This document shows positions 40,407 through 50,612 of a stretch of 64,000 nucleotides of DNA, in pieces. The stretch spans positions 25,719 through 89,718 of the forward strand of contig CABZYC010000001.1 in NCBI GenBank assembly GCA_902529885.1, read 5' to 3'. Numbering within the stretch: position 1 is the stretch's first letter; every line of letters starts with the position of its first letter. The notes beneath the pieces were generated by a model. That model was given only the letters and a program-made list of their open reading frames with translations, searched no databases and was not told the DNA's origin. This DNA is from an uncultured Candidatus Woesearchaeota archaeon. Lineage in GTDB: Archaea; Nanobdellota; Nanobdellia; Woesearchaeales; GW2011-AR9. The position numbers and the translations under genes are program-made.

Positions 40407-40763
40407 TTAATGCCGAGTGTAAGGCAGGTTATGCCGCATTGAATGTACTCGATACAATTGTTCTAGCAAGATTATATAAGCCAATTCATGCGCAAAAGTC
40501 ATTCTACTTAAAGAAACAACATAATCCGCATCATCAACAGTAGCCCACCCATCCGCAGGCCCAATCATAAAGGTTATATCACCGTCTAACTTAGATACAA
40601 AATGTTCAAAATCAGTAGTAGACATTAAATCACCAGTACTATCAAACTTAACCATTACACCTTTACTTTTTTCTGTACGTTTAACTTTAACACGTTGTAA
40701 CAACCGTTGTTCTGCTTCCATTGCCCATTTCTGCTTACATAAAGGAGATTGTACATACCACAT
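40407..40763 (-). CDS. rlmH: RlmH-like SPOUT rRNA methyltransferase (N-terminally short)
   Basis: 118 aa. The C-terminal half matches RlmH/YbeA (ITFMIGPADGW...LSLSRMTFAHELAYIILLEQLYRVHSMRHNLPY). The expected N-terminal segment of about 40 aa is missing, and only 43 nt remain before the next gene. Confidence 0.6.
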   Translation of the reverse strand: MWYVQSPLCKQKWAMEAEQRLLQRVKVKRTEKSKGVMVKFDSTGDLMSTTDFEHFVSKLDGDITFMIGPADGWATVDDADYVVSLSRMTFAHELAYIILLEQLYRVHSMRHNLPYTRH

Positions 40764-40806
40764 GATTATGACTAAACTATATATACATTAAAAACTATTC
40801 TTTGAT

Positions 40807-42009
40807 ATGAATGATAAAAGCCGTAATAGTATTATCAAAGATTTAACAACAGCATATGAACTTTTTGAAAATGATGATGCATCTTTACGCGAACTTAGTG
40901 ACCACACAATACAAGATGTAATGATGTATAAGAGTTTAGACGCAGTAAGCATAGCTGTTCTTATTCATGCGTTGTATAAAGGAAGATTGTGTATCAACGG
41001 TAATAAAAAAAAAAAGGTGTTATCACTCCTTAAACAAACAGCGACATCGCTTCAAAACCGGAGATTTGGAGTATACAATTCTAAACTTGAAAGCTTATTT
41101 AAGATGGTGAACAATTGTGTTACTGTTGACGATTCTTTAAAAAATGTGATCTATCTTGCTAAAATTCAAAAAGGAGCATCATTATTTGAGCAAGGTGTTA
41201 CGGCTGCACGAGCAGCAAGCATTATGGGGATTTCTGTATGGGATCTTTCACCATACATCCAAAAAAGACAAATTAAGTTTAAACCAGTCAACAAAAATAA
41301 GTTTGTTCAAAAAATAAAAGTATTAGATAAACTGCTTAACAATAATGAGACAATATTTATTGATACAGGAACAATCATTACACTTATTACAAGTAGATTA
41401 ATATCAGTGCTAGAAGAAATTAAAAAAAAAAGAGATATCAATTTTGTAATCACCCCTTATGTCTACGACGAATTAGTTACTAAACCAGCATCTATCAAAA
41501 AATATCAATTAGAAAGTTTAGAAGTTCGCGGACTTATTGAAAATGGAATTATATCTGTGAAAAATGTTAGTAAACAACGAGTTAACCAAGCAGAAAAACG
41601 TGCAGATAAAATCATAGAAATTGATGGTAGGACAATAGATCTTGTACAAAAAGCAGAAATTAGTTGTATGGTTAGTGGACAACCTGTTTTAATGGATGAA
41701 CGTACGTTACGATTAATCTGTGAAGATAGTGAAGAGTTATTACAGGTTATGACTATACGAAAACGTAAAGCGGTCACATTAAACAAAAACGCGCTTGAAG
41801 CGTTCCAAGCATACGTTAACTGCCCTTTGATATTTAGGAGCGTAGAACTTGTTACCTGGGCAACAATAAACGGAATGCTTACACAATATGAATTTGATGA
41901 CCCTAAATTCGCACTAACAAGCATGCTATGGGCCTGTAAAAGTAATGGTGCAGCAGTTAGCGAACAAGAAATTGAGTCTCTCATAGATATTGCATCAAAA
42001 CATTTTTAA
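40807..42009 (+). CDS. HTH + PIN-like domain protein
   Basis: 400 aa. An HTH-like segment (GVTAARAASIMGISVWDLSPYIQK) is followed by a PIN-like region (IFIDTGTIITL ... VITPYVYDELV). It contains two in-frame A10-11 homopolymers. Confidence 0.45.
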   Translation: MNDKSRNSIIKDLTTAYELFENDDASLRELSDHTIQDVMMYKSLDAVSIAVLIHALYKGRLCINGNKKKKVLSLLKQTATSLQNRRFGVYNSKLESLFKMVNNCVTVDDSLKNVIYLAKIQKGASLFEQGVTAARAASIMGISVWDLSPYIQKRQIKFKPVNKNKFVQKIKVLDKLLNNNETIFIDTGTIITLITSRLISVLEEIKKKRDINFVITPYVYDELVTKPASIKKYQLESLEVRGLIENGIISVKNVSKQRVNQAEKRADKIIEIDGRTIDLVQKAEISCMVSGQPVLMDERTLRLICEDSEELLQVMTIRKRKAVTLNKNALEAFQAYVNCPLIFRSVELVTWATINGMLTQYEFDDPKFALTSMLWACKSNGAAVSEQEIESLIDIASKHF

Positions 42010-42031
42010 AACGTGCCACGTAAAATATACT

Positions 42032-42235
42032 ATGAAATTATGTGTTGTCTGTAACGAACCAGCACACCTACAAATAAAAGATTCTATTGATTATTACTGT
42101 AAAAAATGTGCACAAGACTGTTTTTCTTCATTAGACCTTCTTGTCGCAATTGAATCAGAAGCACAAAGGATTAAAAATATCCTTGACAATAATATTTCGG
42201 ACATAGAATATAATGACACGATACCATCCAATTAA
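42032..42235 (+). CDS. Small zinc-ribbon protein
   Basis: CVVCN...C..C pair (CVVCNEPAHLQIKDSIDYYCKKCAQDC). The start could be 41990 or 42032. Confidence 0.4.
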   Translation: MKLCVVCNEPAHLQIKDSIDYYCKKCAQDCFSSLDLLVAIESEAQRIKNILDNNISDIEYNDTIPSN

Positions 42236-42827
42236 AATAGGTCGATTCCGTACAAGTAAACGAGAGCTAGTAGACATTACTAAAGCATGGTTTGCAATCA
42301 GTTTAGCTTTCACATTCATATTTAGTAACATCGGACTAAACAATTTGTCAGGTATAATTAGCATAGAATTTTTAATTATTCTTTTAGCAAGCTTATTCAC
42401 AGCAGGACTTGGTTTTTTATTACACGAAATCGGACATAAAATTGCAGCACAACATTATGGGTGCGAAGCAGAATTTCGTAGTGACGATAGCATGTTATAT
42501 CTTGCAGTAGGCATGGCCTTTGTAATTGGTTTCCTGTTTGCCGCACCAGGAGCAGTAATGATTGCAGGACATATTAGCAGACGACAGAACGGGATTATTA
42601 GTCTTGCAGGACCAGCAGTGAATTATGTCTTAGCAGTTCTCTTTTTAGGCTTATCAATGGTAATCCCACTTTTTGGCGTATGGAAAATAGGTGCAATGGT
42701 TAATGCATGGTTAGGATTATTCAACCTTATACCATTCGGTAACTTTGATGGTAAAAAAATTTTGTTTTGGAATAATTGGGTCTGGCTATCAATGGTAGCA
42801 ACAGGTGTATTTTTAGTATTCTTTTAA
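42213..42827 (+). CDS. M50-family (site-2-protease-like) intramembrane metalloprotease
   Basis: 204 aa. HEIGH motif in a TM helix plus a downstream NLIPFGNFDGKK (LDG-type) motif; 4-5 TM helices. Confidence 0.65.
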   Translation: MTRYHPIKIGRFRTSKRELVDITKAWFAISLAFTFIFSNIGLNNLSGIISIEFLIILLASLFTAGLGFLLHEIGHKIAAQHYGCEAEFRSDDSMLYLAVGMAFVIGFLFAAPGAVMIAGHISRRQNGIISLAGPAVNYVLAVLFLGLSMVIPLFGVWKIGAMVNAWLGLFNLIPFGNFDGKKILFWNNWVWLSMVATGVFLVFF

Positions 42828-42858
42828 TTTAAAAAATAAAAAATAAACGAAGTAATTT

Positions 42859-43707
42859 CTACTTCATTGCCTGGAAAGCTAATAAGTCTTCAGTTGACAA
42901 CTTTTTACCTTTCTTAATCTTGTCTTTAACTTCTTTAGACTTCTCAGCTAACACTTCTTTGTATGATTGCTCACGAACCATACCAAGCTTCTCTTCAAAT
43001 TCACGCATTTGACTTGCAATTTGATCCATCTCATCCTTCATTGGGACCCATTCTGCTTTCAAATCCTTGTATTGTTGAGCCCACACTTTTTCTTCTTCAC
43101 GAAACCCTTTGATTTCGTTAAAAAGTTTAGTAATTCGTTCGTGTTTTTCCTGACTTGCTTGCGCTAATTCTTGCACCTTTGCATGTGCAGACTCAGCTTC
43201 GTCTTTAACCTTCTTCAATTCCTTACGGACATCACGCAAGTTACCTTTCTCTGGATTAACACTTATTTTTGAAAGTGTAGACCTCAGTTCAGCAACATGC
43301 TTACGTAATTGTTTCTCTTTAGAGAACGGAATAATTTCTGTTTCTAATTGAGTTTCAATACGACTAATCTCTTTCTGGATTTTAACAGGATCTTTGCGAA
43401 GATTATGTTTATTCATAACCTCAGCACGTTGTTCACGCATCTCACGATGTGTTTGTGACTTATTTTTAACTTCACTATTAAGTTTATTACGAAGCTGTTT
43501 TGCTTCTTTAACAACATCAGTTAATTCGTCACGTTCAACTTTAAAATCCTGTATTTTCTTGTTCCGACTTTTAATTTTGTCGGTGATTGAACGAAGGTGA
43601 CGGTAAGCTTGTTCTTTTTCACGAGCAGCTTTTTGATAAGCAGGTTTTAATTCTGCAAACCGCTTACGAAGTTGATCGTACTGTTCCTGAATTCCGTCAC
43701 CAGTCAT
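42859..43707 (-). CDS. Archaeal coiled-coil protein (COG1340-like)
   Basis: 282 aa of almost entirely charged heptad repeats. Confidence 0.45.
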   Translation of the reverse strand: MTGDGIQEQYDQLRKRFAELKPAYQKAAREKEQAYRHLRSITDKIKSRNKKIQDFKVERDELTDVVKEAKQLRNKLNSEVKNKSQTHREMREQRAEVMNKHNLRKDPVKIQKEISRIETQLETEIIPFSKEKQLRKHVAELRSTLSKISVNPEKGNLRDVRKELKKVKDEAESAHAKVQELAQASQEKHERITKLFNEIKGFREEEKVWAQQYKDLKAEWVPMKDEMDQIASQMREFEEKLGMVREQSYKEVLAEKSKEVKDKIKKGKKLSTEDLLAFQAMK

Positions 43708-43714
43708 TCTCTAC

Positions 43715-44023
43715 TTACCCAAACAAAGCGCCTAAACCTGCAGCAGCAGATTCTTCAGCTTTCTTATCATCTTTTTTAGGTTCGTCTTTCTTCTCTTCAG
43801 CAGCAGCAGCAGCAGGTGCGGCAGCAGCAGCAACAGGTGCAGCTGAAACAGCAGCTTTCTCAATTGCTTCATCGATATTCACGCCTTGCAATGCTGCAAT
43901 TAATGCTTTAACTCGAGCCTCGTCCACTGCAACACCTGCAGCGGATAGCACAGCTTTCACTGCGTCTTCTGTTACTTCCTTACCTGCTTTGTGAAGCAGT
44001 AATGCACTGTAAACATATTCCAT
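43715..44023 (-). CDS. rpl12: 50S ribosomal stalk protein P1 (L12e)
   Basis: [19 protein letters not shown]..., an Ala-rich hinge, and the conserved C-terminal tail (GLGALFG). Confidence 0.9.
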   Translation of the reverse strand: MEYVYSALLLHKAGKEVTEDAVKAVLSAAGVAVDEARVKALIAALQGVNIDEAIEKAAVSAAPVAAAAAPAAAAAEEKKDEPKKDDKKAEESAAAGLGALFG

Positions 44024-44067
44024 TTTTTTTCTCCTTGATTGTGTGATACTAGATTACCCTAGCACCA

Positions 44068-44907
44068 TTAAAGTTCGGCGTCTGTGTTAACAGAACGCGC
44101 TGCCCGGTATGCCCGGGCGATGATGTCGTTAATAACGTCCGGTGAAATTACCGGAGCTTCAAGAGCAAGCCCTTTCGCGTTTCTAAACGCTTTCTGAACC
44201 AACATCTCAGCATTTTCAGCAGTAGGATATACTGCTTCGACTGAAAGATTGGTTGCGTACTGGATCGCTGTGATAAAACGACCCATATACTCTTCTTCGT
44301 CAACACGAAGGTCTTTCGCTTTGAATATAAATCCACCTTCCCATGCAGCTAACAAGTTTAAACCAATCTCCATTGGTTTTATATCAAGACGCTTCAACAT
44401 TTCAGCTAACTTCTGTGATATTTCGTCACCTTCTTTAGCAACAGTTGTATCATCAGTTATCGATAGTTTTCCACCGTCAACTTTGGTTTTCACACCAATA
44501 GATGCAAGCTCACTAATAATTGGGCCGGGTGCAAAACTTGTTGGTCCTGCTGGCACCATAATATCTTTTGGAGCAATTGCACCTGCACGGGCAGGGGCAG
44601 CACTTTTACTTTTTTGTAATGTCGCATACACTGCAAAAGGGTTACCATTTGCAAACAATAATGCAGGCATACCACGTAAATGTTCTGAAAGACTTGCAAT
44701 TTCTGATTGTTTACTTTCAGATAATGCTCTTGCTAACAGACGTTTCCGTGCCATGACCACAGTCACACCTTGACCACGAAGTTTAGACTTCATTGTCTGT
44801 AACTGCTGCGCAGGTAAACTTTCAAAATCTACGATAGCGATAACAGAATGCGTGTTAACTAAATCAGTCAATTGTTTTACTAACTCAACTTTTGTTTGAC
44901 TTACCAT
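44068..44907 (-). CDS. rplP0: 50S ribosomal stalk protein P0 (uL10)
   Basis: 279 aa with the uL10 N-domain and P1-binding helices. Order in the L1-P0-P1 cluster. Confidence 0.85.
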   Translation of the reverse strand: MVSQTKVELVKQLTDLVNTHSVIAIVDFESLPAQQLQTMKSKLRGQGVTVVMARKRLLARALSESKQSEIASLSEHLRGMPALLFANGNPFAVYATLQKSKSAAPARAGAIAPKDIMVPAGPTSFAPGPIISELASIGVKTKVDGGKLSITDDTTVAKEGDEISQKLAEMLKRLDIKPMEIGLNLLAAWEGGFIFKAKDLRVDEEEYMGRFITAIQYATNLSVEAVYPTAENAEMLVQKAFRNAKGLALEAPVISPDVINDIIARAYRAARSVNTDAEL

Positions 44908-44909
44908 TA

Positions 44910-45545
44910 TTATAGAGTTATAGGTGACCCCATGGTCAACTTTAATTGAACATTTTTTACGTTCTGTTCTTCGCTAGGTAAAGCTTTCACCAACATTTTG
45001 TATGCAGTTTCAACATTTTCCACAATATCTTCATCAGACATTGACTCATTTCCAATAATACTCATTAAATTAAGAGATTTTTTCGATTTGAAGACAATAG
45101 TGTTCTTCAATTTTTCAACTAATGGACCTAACGAAGCGTTCGGTGGAACCACACAACCCATTTTTGGGTCAGGCATTTTTCCTCGTGAACCTAGCACTTT
45201 ACCAAATGCTTGAGCAACTTTAGCCATAATGCTTGCTTGCGCAATAAAATAATCATATTCTTGCGCCAACTTTTTCATTGCTTTCACGTCATACTCTTCA
45301 AACTGTGACTGAGTAATAACCAAACCACAATGTGCTTTTGCCTCATCAACTAACTCTTGACCTGCAAACGCTGCAACTTTCACTTCACGCCCTTTTGTGT
45401 GAGGTAAAGTGATCACAGTATTTACTGACTGTTGTTTAACATTAAAATTTTTTAAGTTAACAATCATGTCAACGGACTGAGTAAACTTCCGAGAATTCTG
45501 TTCCCGCAGTTGACTTATCGCTTTTTTAATAAGTGTTTTATCCAT
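44910..45545 (-). CDS. rpl1: 50S ribosomal protein L1 (uL1)
   Basis: 211 aa with uL1 family similarity, upstream of P0. Confidence 0.85.
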   Translation of the reverse strand: MDKTLIKKAISQLREQNSRKFTQSVDMIVNLKNFNVKQQSVNTVITLPHTKGREVKVAAFAGQELVDEAKAHCGLVITQSQFEEYDVKAMKKLAQEYDYFIAQASIMAKVAQAFGKVLGSRGKMPDPKMGCVVPPNASLGPLVEKLKNTIVFKSKKSLNLMSIIGNESMSDEDIVENVETAYKMLVKALPSEEQNVKNVQLKLTMGSPITL

Positions 45546-45626
45546 AATAGCCTCCTACCAGATGGTAGTTATATCGGTTACTCCACCAGGACCAGATTCA
45601 GTTTATAAACTTTTTGGTGGTAGTTG

Positions 45627-46505
45627 TTAACGACCAAAGAGTTTGTCAATAAAAGATTTTGTCACACTATCATCACTAAACTCTTTGATTGCATCTTTTT
45701 GTTTTTTTGAAAGTCGTTTTGGAACCGTAACTTTAACTTTCACATACTGGTCACCAGCATACCTACCACTCACGTGAGGCATACCTTTCCCTTTCATCCG
45801 AAACAATGTCCCTGAATCTGTACCACAAGGTATCTTTAACGTGGCTTTCCCGTTTATACAAGGCACCTCTATCTCTGAACCCAAACATGCCTGAGCAAAA
45901 GTGATAGGTAGAGTATAGTACAAGTCATCATGGTCACGCCTGAAAACTTTGTGTTTGCGAACAAAAATTTCTACGTAAACATCTCCGTTCGGACCACCAT
46001 TCAAACCAGTAGCGCCTTCCCCAGTCAAACGAAGACGCGTACCGGTGTGCACACCAGGAGGAACTTTCACATTCAATGTTTTACGTTCGCCGCCAGGCAC
46101 AACAAAACTAATCTCCTTCTCTAAACCAGTTGCAGACTGTTCAAGGGTTAATTCAAGTTCATAAGAAAAACTTTGGCCCTTCCTTGGACCACGGCGGTTA
46201 AAACCAAACACTTGATCAATAAAATCATCGAAAGGCGCAGCACCACCTTGAAACATATCACTAAAGTCAAAACCATTGAAATTTTGGCCAGTACTACCAA
46301 AACGGTCATACTGTGCTTTTTTCTGGGTATCAGTTAAAACGGAGAACGCTTCATTTATTTCTTTGAACTTTTCTTCATACTCTTTCTCTTTCCCACTAGG
46401 CGCACGGTCAGGATGATGTTTCATCGCCAACTTTTTGTACGCTTTTTTGATCTGAGCAGCATCCGCTGACCGATCAACCCCTAAGACAGAGTAGTAATCA
46501 ACCAT
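45627..46505 (-). CDS. dnaJ: DnaJ-class co-chaperone lacking the Cys-rich zinc-finger domain (CbpA-like)
   Basis: 292 aa. J domain with HPD (YKKLAMKHHPDR), a G/F-rich region, and C-terminal substrate-binding domains. No CxxCxGxG repeats. Confidence 0.85.
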   Translation of the reverse strand: MVDYYSVLGVDRSADAAQIKKAYKKLAMKHHPDRAPSGKEKEYEEKFKEINEAFSVLTDTQKKAQYDRFGSTGQNFNGFDFSDMFQGGAAPFDDFIDQVFGFNRRGPRKGQSFSYELELTLEQSATGLEKEISFVVPGGERKTLNVKVPPGVHTGTRLRLTGEGATGLNGGPNGDVYVEIFVRKHKVFRRDHDDLYYTLPITFAQACLGSEIEVPCINGKATLKIPCGTDSGTLFRMKGKGMPHVSGRYAGDQYVKVKVTVPKRLSKKQKDAIKEFSDDSVTKSFIDKLFGR

Positions 46506-48349
46506 TAGTTCTTCTCTTCAAACTCAGCATCTACAACAGTTTCATCTTTATCTGTCTTAGAAGAATTAACATCTTCTTCTGTTTCTGAAGCTTCAGGTTG
46601 TTGGTACATTTGAGCACCCAATTCCTGTAGTACCTTGCTCAACTCAGCATTTGCAGATTTAATCTTTTCAAGATCATCAGATTTAAGTTCTTCTTCCACC
46701 ATTTTTGCTTGTGATTCAACTTTAGCCTTTAACTCATCAGACACTTTATCTTTAAATTCTTCAAGGGTCTTTTTAGATTGATAGATCAAAGATTCTGATT
46801 CATTCTTCACATCAACAGTTTCTTTTCGTTTCTGATCTTCTTCTTCGTGAAGCTTAGCTTCTTCTTGCATACGCTTAACATCTTCTTCACTTAAATTGCC
46901 TGAATCATTTATAACAATCTTTTGTTCTTTACCAGAACCAAGATCCTTAGCACTAACATTAACAATACCGTTTGCATCAAGATCAAAAGTAACTTCAATC
47001 TGGGGTACACCACGGGGCGCAGGAGGAAGACCAACTAAATTGAACTCACCTAATACTTTATTATCACCAAACATGGACCGTTCACCTTGCCCAACACGAA
47101 TTGTTACAGCAGTTTGATTATCTGCAGCAGTACTAAATACCTGAGACTTTTTTGTAGGAATTGTTGTATTACGCTCAATCAATTTTGTGAAAACACCGCC
47201 TAATGTCTCAATCCCTAAACTTAAAGGAGTTACATCTAACAATAAAACATCAGTTATGTCACCAGCAATAACTCCTGCCTGGATTGCTGCACCTAAACCG
47301 ACTGCCTCATCAGGATTCACACTTTTATCACCAGTCTTCCCCACAAGTTTTTCAACCATGGATTGCACTGAAGGAATACGAGTTGACCCACCCACAAAAA
47401 TAACCTTATCAATATCACTTGCATTCAAGTTAGCATCCTTCATTGCTTGTTTCACAGGAGATTCTAAACGTTTTAACACATCAGAAATCAATGATTCAAA
47501 GTTTGCCCTAGTTAAATCTTCATTTACATGTTTTGGACCAGTCTGGTCAGCTGTAATAAAAGGAATGTTAATATTTACTTTCAACTTAGTTGAAAGTTCA
47601 ATCTTAGCTTTCTCAGCTGCATCTTTTAATCGTTGAACGGCAGTTGCATCATCTAATAAATTGATACCAGTATTCTTCTTAAAAGAATCAGAAATCCATT
47701 CCATGATTATCTGGTCAACGTCGTCACCACCAAGACTGTTGTCACCAGCAGTACTTTTTACCTGGAAAATACCATCCCCTAACTCTAATATTGAAACATC
47801 AAATGTACCGCCACCAAAATCAAAAACAAGAATAGTTGACTCTGTGTCTTGCTTATCCAAACCGTAAGCTAGAGCTGCTGCAGTAGGCTCATTAATAATA
47901 CGAAGAACATTCAAACCAGCAATTTGACCTGCATTTTTAGTTGCTTGACGTTCAGCATCATTAAAATATGCTGGAACAGTAATAACTGCATTTTTTACAT
48001 CTTTCCCGAGGTATGCTTCAGCATCACGCTTAATTTTTTGTAAAACCATTGCAGAAATTTGTTCGGGAGTATATTCTTTCCCATCAATAGTAACTTTCTC
48101 GCCACTACCCATCTTACGTTTAATACTTCGTACAGTATGAGCTGGATCAACAATTGCCTGATTACGTGCAATTTGGCCTACAGTAATTTCTTCTTCATTG
48201 ATATTAACAACTGACGGCGTTGTCCTTGCACCTTCAGCATTATTAATTATGGTTGGTTGCCCACCCTCCATTACCGCAAATGCTGAGAATGTTGTTCCTA
48301 AATCTATACCTATTGTAGCTCCACTTATTTTACTCATTTTTATCTCCAT
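46505..48349 (-). CDS. dnaK: Hsp70 chaperone DnaK
   Basis: 614 aa: [37 protein letters not shown], and a C-terminal lid. Confidence 0.95.
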   Translation of the reverse strand: MEIKMSKISGATIGIDLGTTFSAFAVMEGGQPTIINNAEGARTTPSVVNINEEEITVGQIARNQAIVDPAHTVRSIKRKMGSGEKVTIDGKEYTPEQISAMVLQKIKRDAEAYLGKDVKNAVITVPAYFNDAERQATKNAGQIAGLNVLRIINEPTAAALAYGLDKQDTESTILVFDFGGGTFDVSILELGDGIFQVKSTAGDNSLGGDDVDQIIMEWISDSFKKNTGINLLDDATAVQRLKDAAEKAKIELSTKLKVNINIPFITADQTGPKHVNEDLTRANFESLISDVLKRLESPVKQAMKDANLNASDIDKVIFVGGSTRIPSVQSMVEKLVGKTGDKSVNPDEAVGLGAAIQAGVIAGDITDVLLLDVTPLSLGIETLGGVFTKLIERNTTIPTKKSQVFSTAADNQTAVTIRVGQGERSMFGDNKVLGEFNLVGLPPAPRGVPQIEVTFDLDANGIVNVSAKDLGSGKEQKIVINDSGNLSEEDVKRMQEEAKLHEEEDQKRKETVDVKNESESLIYQSKKTLEEFKDKVSDELKAKVESQAKMVEEELKSDDLEKIKSANAELSKVLQELGAQMYQQPEASETEEDVNSSKTDKDETVVDAEFEEKN

Positions 48350-48803
48350 TACTTACTTTTACTTTTGCAGGCCTTAAGACCCTACCATCTAACATGTATC
48401 CATCTTGAAACACTTCTAAGATCGTGTTTTCTTTACTTTCATTGTCAACTTTCATTAACGCTTCATGCAGTTCAGGGTTGTACGCATCGTATGACACAGT
48501 ACACACACCATTATCTTTCAAAAAATCTTGAAATTGCGCATAAATCAATTCTATCCCTTTTGTGAATTCCTCTGGGTTCGACGTGTTCTTTAAAGCAAGA
48601 CTAAAATTATCTATTACAGGTAAAATTTTTGTAAGGTTATCTCGTTTTAAAATAAACCGGAAATCCTCCATACGCTTATCTTGTTGTTTCCGATAATTTT
48701 CAAAATCTGCTTGCACACGTTTAAGCATCAAAGTTAGTTCATCCACACTTGGACCTTCTACTGATTCAACAGTTTCACCCTTATTTTTCTCCGAATCTGC
48801 CAT
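48330..48803 (-). CDS. grpE: Nucleotide exchange factor GrpE
   Basis: 157 aa. A coiled-coil N-terminus and a C-terminal beta domain. It overlaps the dnaK start. Confidence 0.85.
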   Translation of the reverse strand: MADSEKNKGETVESVEGPSVDELTLMLKRVQADFENYRKQQDKRMEDFRFILKRDNLTKILPVIDNFSLALKNTSNPEEFTKGIELIYAQFQDFLKDNGVCTVSYDAYNPELHEALMKVDNESKENTILEVFQDGYMLDGRVLRPAKVKVSNGDKNE

Positions 48804-48813
48804 ATTAATCTTG

Positions 48814-48845
48814 TTGACTTAAACTCAACGTAGTTAATGTTAACT
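48814..48845. promoter_or_regulatory. Pair of palindromes in the grpE/regulator divergent intergenic region (candidate operator)
   Basis: Perfect inverted repeat AGTTAA-TG-TTAACT at 48832..48845 and imperfect TTGACTTAAACTCAA at 48814..48828, between divergent grpE and the wHTH gene. Confidence 0.35.
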
Positions 48846-48904
48846 TAGTTTTTATATAAATGTTTCGATATAACTTAATAAAGTAGAAGCAGTTTAACTA
48901 AAAT

Positions 48905-49300
48905 GTGATACGTAGAGTAACCATCATTAAAACACGGCACAAAGTTAACCGTAACATCAATGATGACTTAAAATGGATTGGAACAAGCCTAGGGCTTTTT
49001 AGCCTCAGAGACAAAAACAGTAGTTGTTTTAGAATATTCATATCATTACTTCGTAGAGCACGAGAACGAATGTTAACGTCTTCAGATGAATTAGCAGAAT
49101 TAACAGGCCTCACAAGAGGAACAGTCGTCCACCATTTAAACATCTTAATGGATGCAGGAATAGTTATTAGAGAGAATAAAGGATACATCTTGCGTACAGA
49201 TCGTATGGAAACACTTGTTAAGATGATACGACACGACATTAATTCAGCGTTTGATGAGATCCAATTAGTAGCCGCAGAAATTGATGAAAACTTAGGTTAA
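48905..49300 (+). CDS. Winged-helix transcription regulator (ArsR-like), divergent from the chaperone operon
   Basis: 131 aa. HTH ELAELTGLTRGTVVHHLNILMDAGIV. Confidence 0.6.
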   Translation: MIRRVTIIKTRHKVNRNINDDLKWIGTSLGLFSLRDKNSSCFRIFISLLRRARERMLTSSDELAELTGLTRGTVVHHLNILMDAGIVIRENKGYILRTDRMETLVKMIRHDINSAFDEIQLVAAEIDENLG

Positions 49301-49996
49301 AACAGGCACAGTACCGACCATTATACCAAGCAAGACACTGATTATCATCATACGATTTTTACGTAAAAAAATTGAAACAACATGTGAACATAAGAGGACA
49401 CCTAACATGAACCCAAATGAAAAAGGGAGAAGATAAAATAGGTCTAAACGTTTAACTGCAGCACTAACAAACTCATACTGGCCAAACATCAACAAAACAA
49501 AACTGCCCGAAATCCCAGGAAGCAACATAGCAATACCACAAATTATACCAACCACTAATTGAGCATAAAAAGGTAACTCACCAATATGAAAAATAAGCTG
49601 GCTTAAAAAATAAACAGGTAGCGAAACAATAAGCATCACAAAACAATGACCGTAGCTTAAACCCTCAGTATAGAATATGTAACAAACACAACACAATATG
49701 ATTAAGGCAAAAACAAGGTATACCTCATGTGAAAAAAGAGATAATAAAACAGATAAAAAGCTAAACATAACATAAACGCCAAGAAGAACCATTGTACCAA
49801 AAATAGAAATAAATTCCCAATCATAAGCAATAATATCAGCCACAGACCTAGTTTGAATTATATTGTTCAAAGTGGTAAGCAAACGTTCATAAATGCCACC
49901 CACAAAAGCAACAGTACCACCGCTCACACCAGGTAGACTATCAACAACACCAACCAAAAAAGATACTAAAAAAAGTTTTAGGTTCATTTGAACCAT
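49292..49996 (-). CDS. Polytopic membrane protein with duplicated PG(V/I)SGS motif (DUF368-like)
   Basis: 234 aa, about 7 TM helices. LPGVSGGT and LPGISGSF are internal-repeat motifs. Confidence 0.4.
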   Translation of the reverse strand: MVQMNLKLFLVSFLVGVVDSLPGVSGGTVAFVGGIYERLLTTLNNIIQTRSVADIIAYDWEFISIFGTMVLLGVYVMFSFLSVLLSLFSHEVYLVFALIILCCVCYIFYTEGLSYGHCFVMLIVSLPVYFLSQLIFHIGELPFYAQLVVGIICGIAMLLPGISGSFVLLMFGQYEFVSAAVKRLDLFYLLPFSFGFMLGVLLCSHVVSIFLRKNRMMIISVLLGIMVGTVPVLT

Positions 49997-50018
49997 CCAC
50001 TAATAACAACTTATAAAA

Positions 50019-50465
50019 TTATCTGCTAGCCATTAACCAAATTGATTTTAAACTTACAACTATTGCAGCAGGCACAACAAATACAACAATGTTACTTAAA
50101 ACGTTACGTAACAAATCACCAATAAGGTATACATAACCAAGATTCACAATACCACCTAACATTAGAGCAATACTTGCAATCAAGAAAGGTTGTGTTTCTT
50201 TAGCAGTCAAATTAAATAGACCTACAATTGTTCCTAATAACACAAAAGTTGTCACATACACATAGTTTGCTTTAATACCAAGAAGACTATCGAACGAACC
50301 CTTAAATAGGCCCACAATTACTGCAAGGCAAATACCAGCAAGAAAAGCATAATGAGCAATTTTGTGCCACTCTTGTTCTACACGTATCACAGGGCTAACC
50401 TTTGCTTTCTTAGCAGGACCCTTTCGCACAGTAGATTTTTTTGATTTTTTTCGTGGCGCCATCAT
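50019..50465 (-). CDS. Hypothetical membrane protein with basic N-terminus
   Basis: The start is corrected to MMAPRKKSKKS at 50465; the ORF-track start at 50555 overlaps tRNA-Asn. Four TM helices. Confidence 0.45.
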   Translation of the reverse strand: MMAPRKKSKKSTVRKGPAKKAKVSPVIRVEQEWHKIAHYAFLAGICLAVIVGLFKGSFDSLLGIKANYVYVTTFVLLGTIVGLFNLTAKETQPFLIASIALMLGGIVNLGYVYLIGDLLRNVLSNIVVFVVPAAIVVSLKSIWLMASR

Positions 50466-50506
50466 ATCACCGTAACATAACAATTTGAATAGATATATAA
50501 AAGTAA

Positions 50507-50584
50507 TGGCGCCCCGGGAGAGATTCGAACTCTCGACCTGACGGTTAACAGCCATCCGCTCTAACCGGACTAAGCCACCGGGGC
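50507..50584 (-). tRNA. tRNA-Asn (GTT)
   Basis: Reverse complement GCCCCGGUGGCUUAGUCCGGUUAGAGCGGAUGGCUGUUAACCGUCAGGUCGAGAGUUCGAAUCUCUCCCGGGGCGCCA. Anticodon loop CUGUUAA, discriminator G, CCA encoded. Confidence 0.85.
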
Positions 50585-50612
50585 ATATCGAGAGTGAGAC
50601 AGGGTACGATAT

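Noticed and set aside
43587-43994. 135-aa Ala-rich ORF on the plus strand
   Set aside because: It is a shadow frame antisense to the P1 stalk gene, whose Ala-rich hinge produces an open reverse frame.
44249-44773. 174-aa plus-strand ORF (and 44490..44699, 44568..44756)
   Set aside because: These lie inside and antisense to the P0 gene and show no independent signal.
47187-47636. 149-aa plus-strand ORF
   Set aside because: It is antisense within dnaK.
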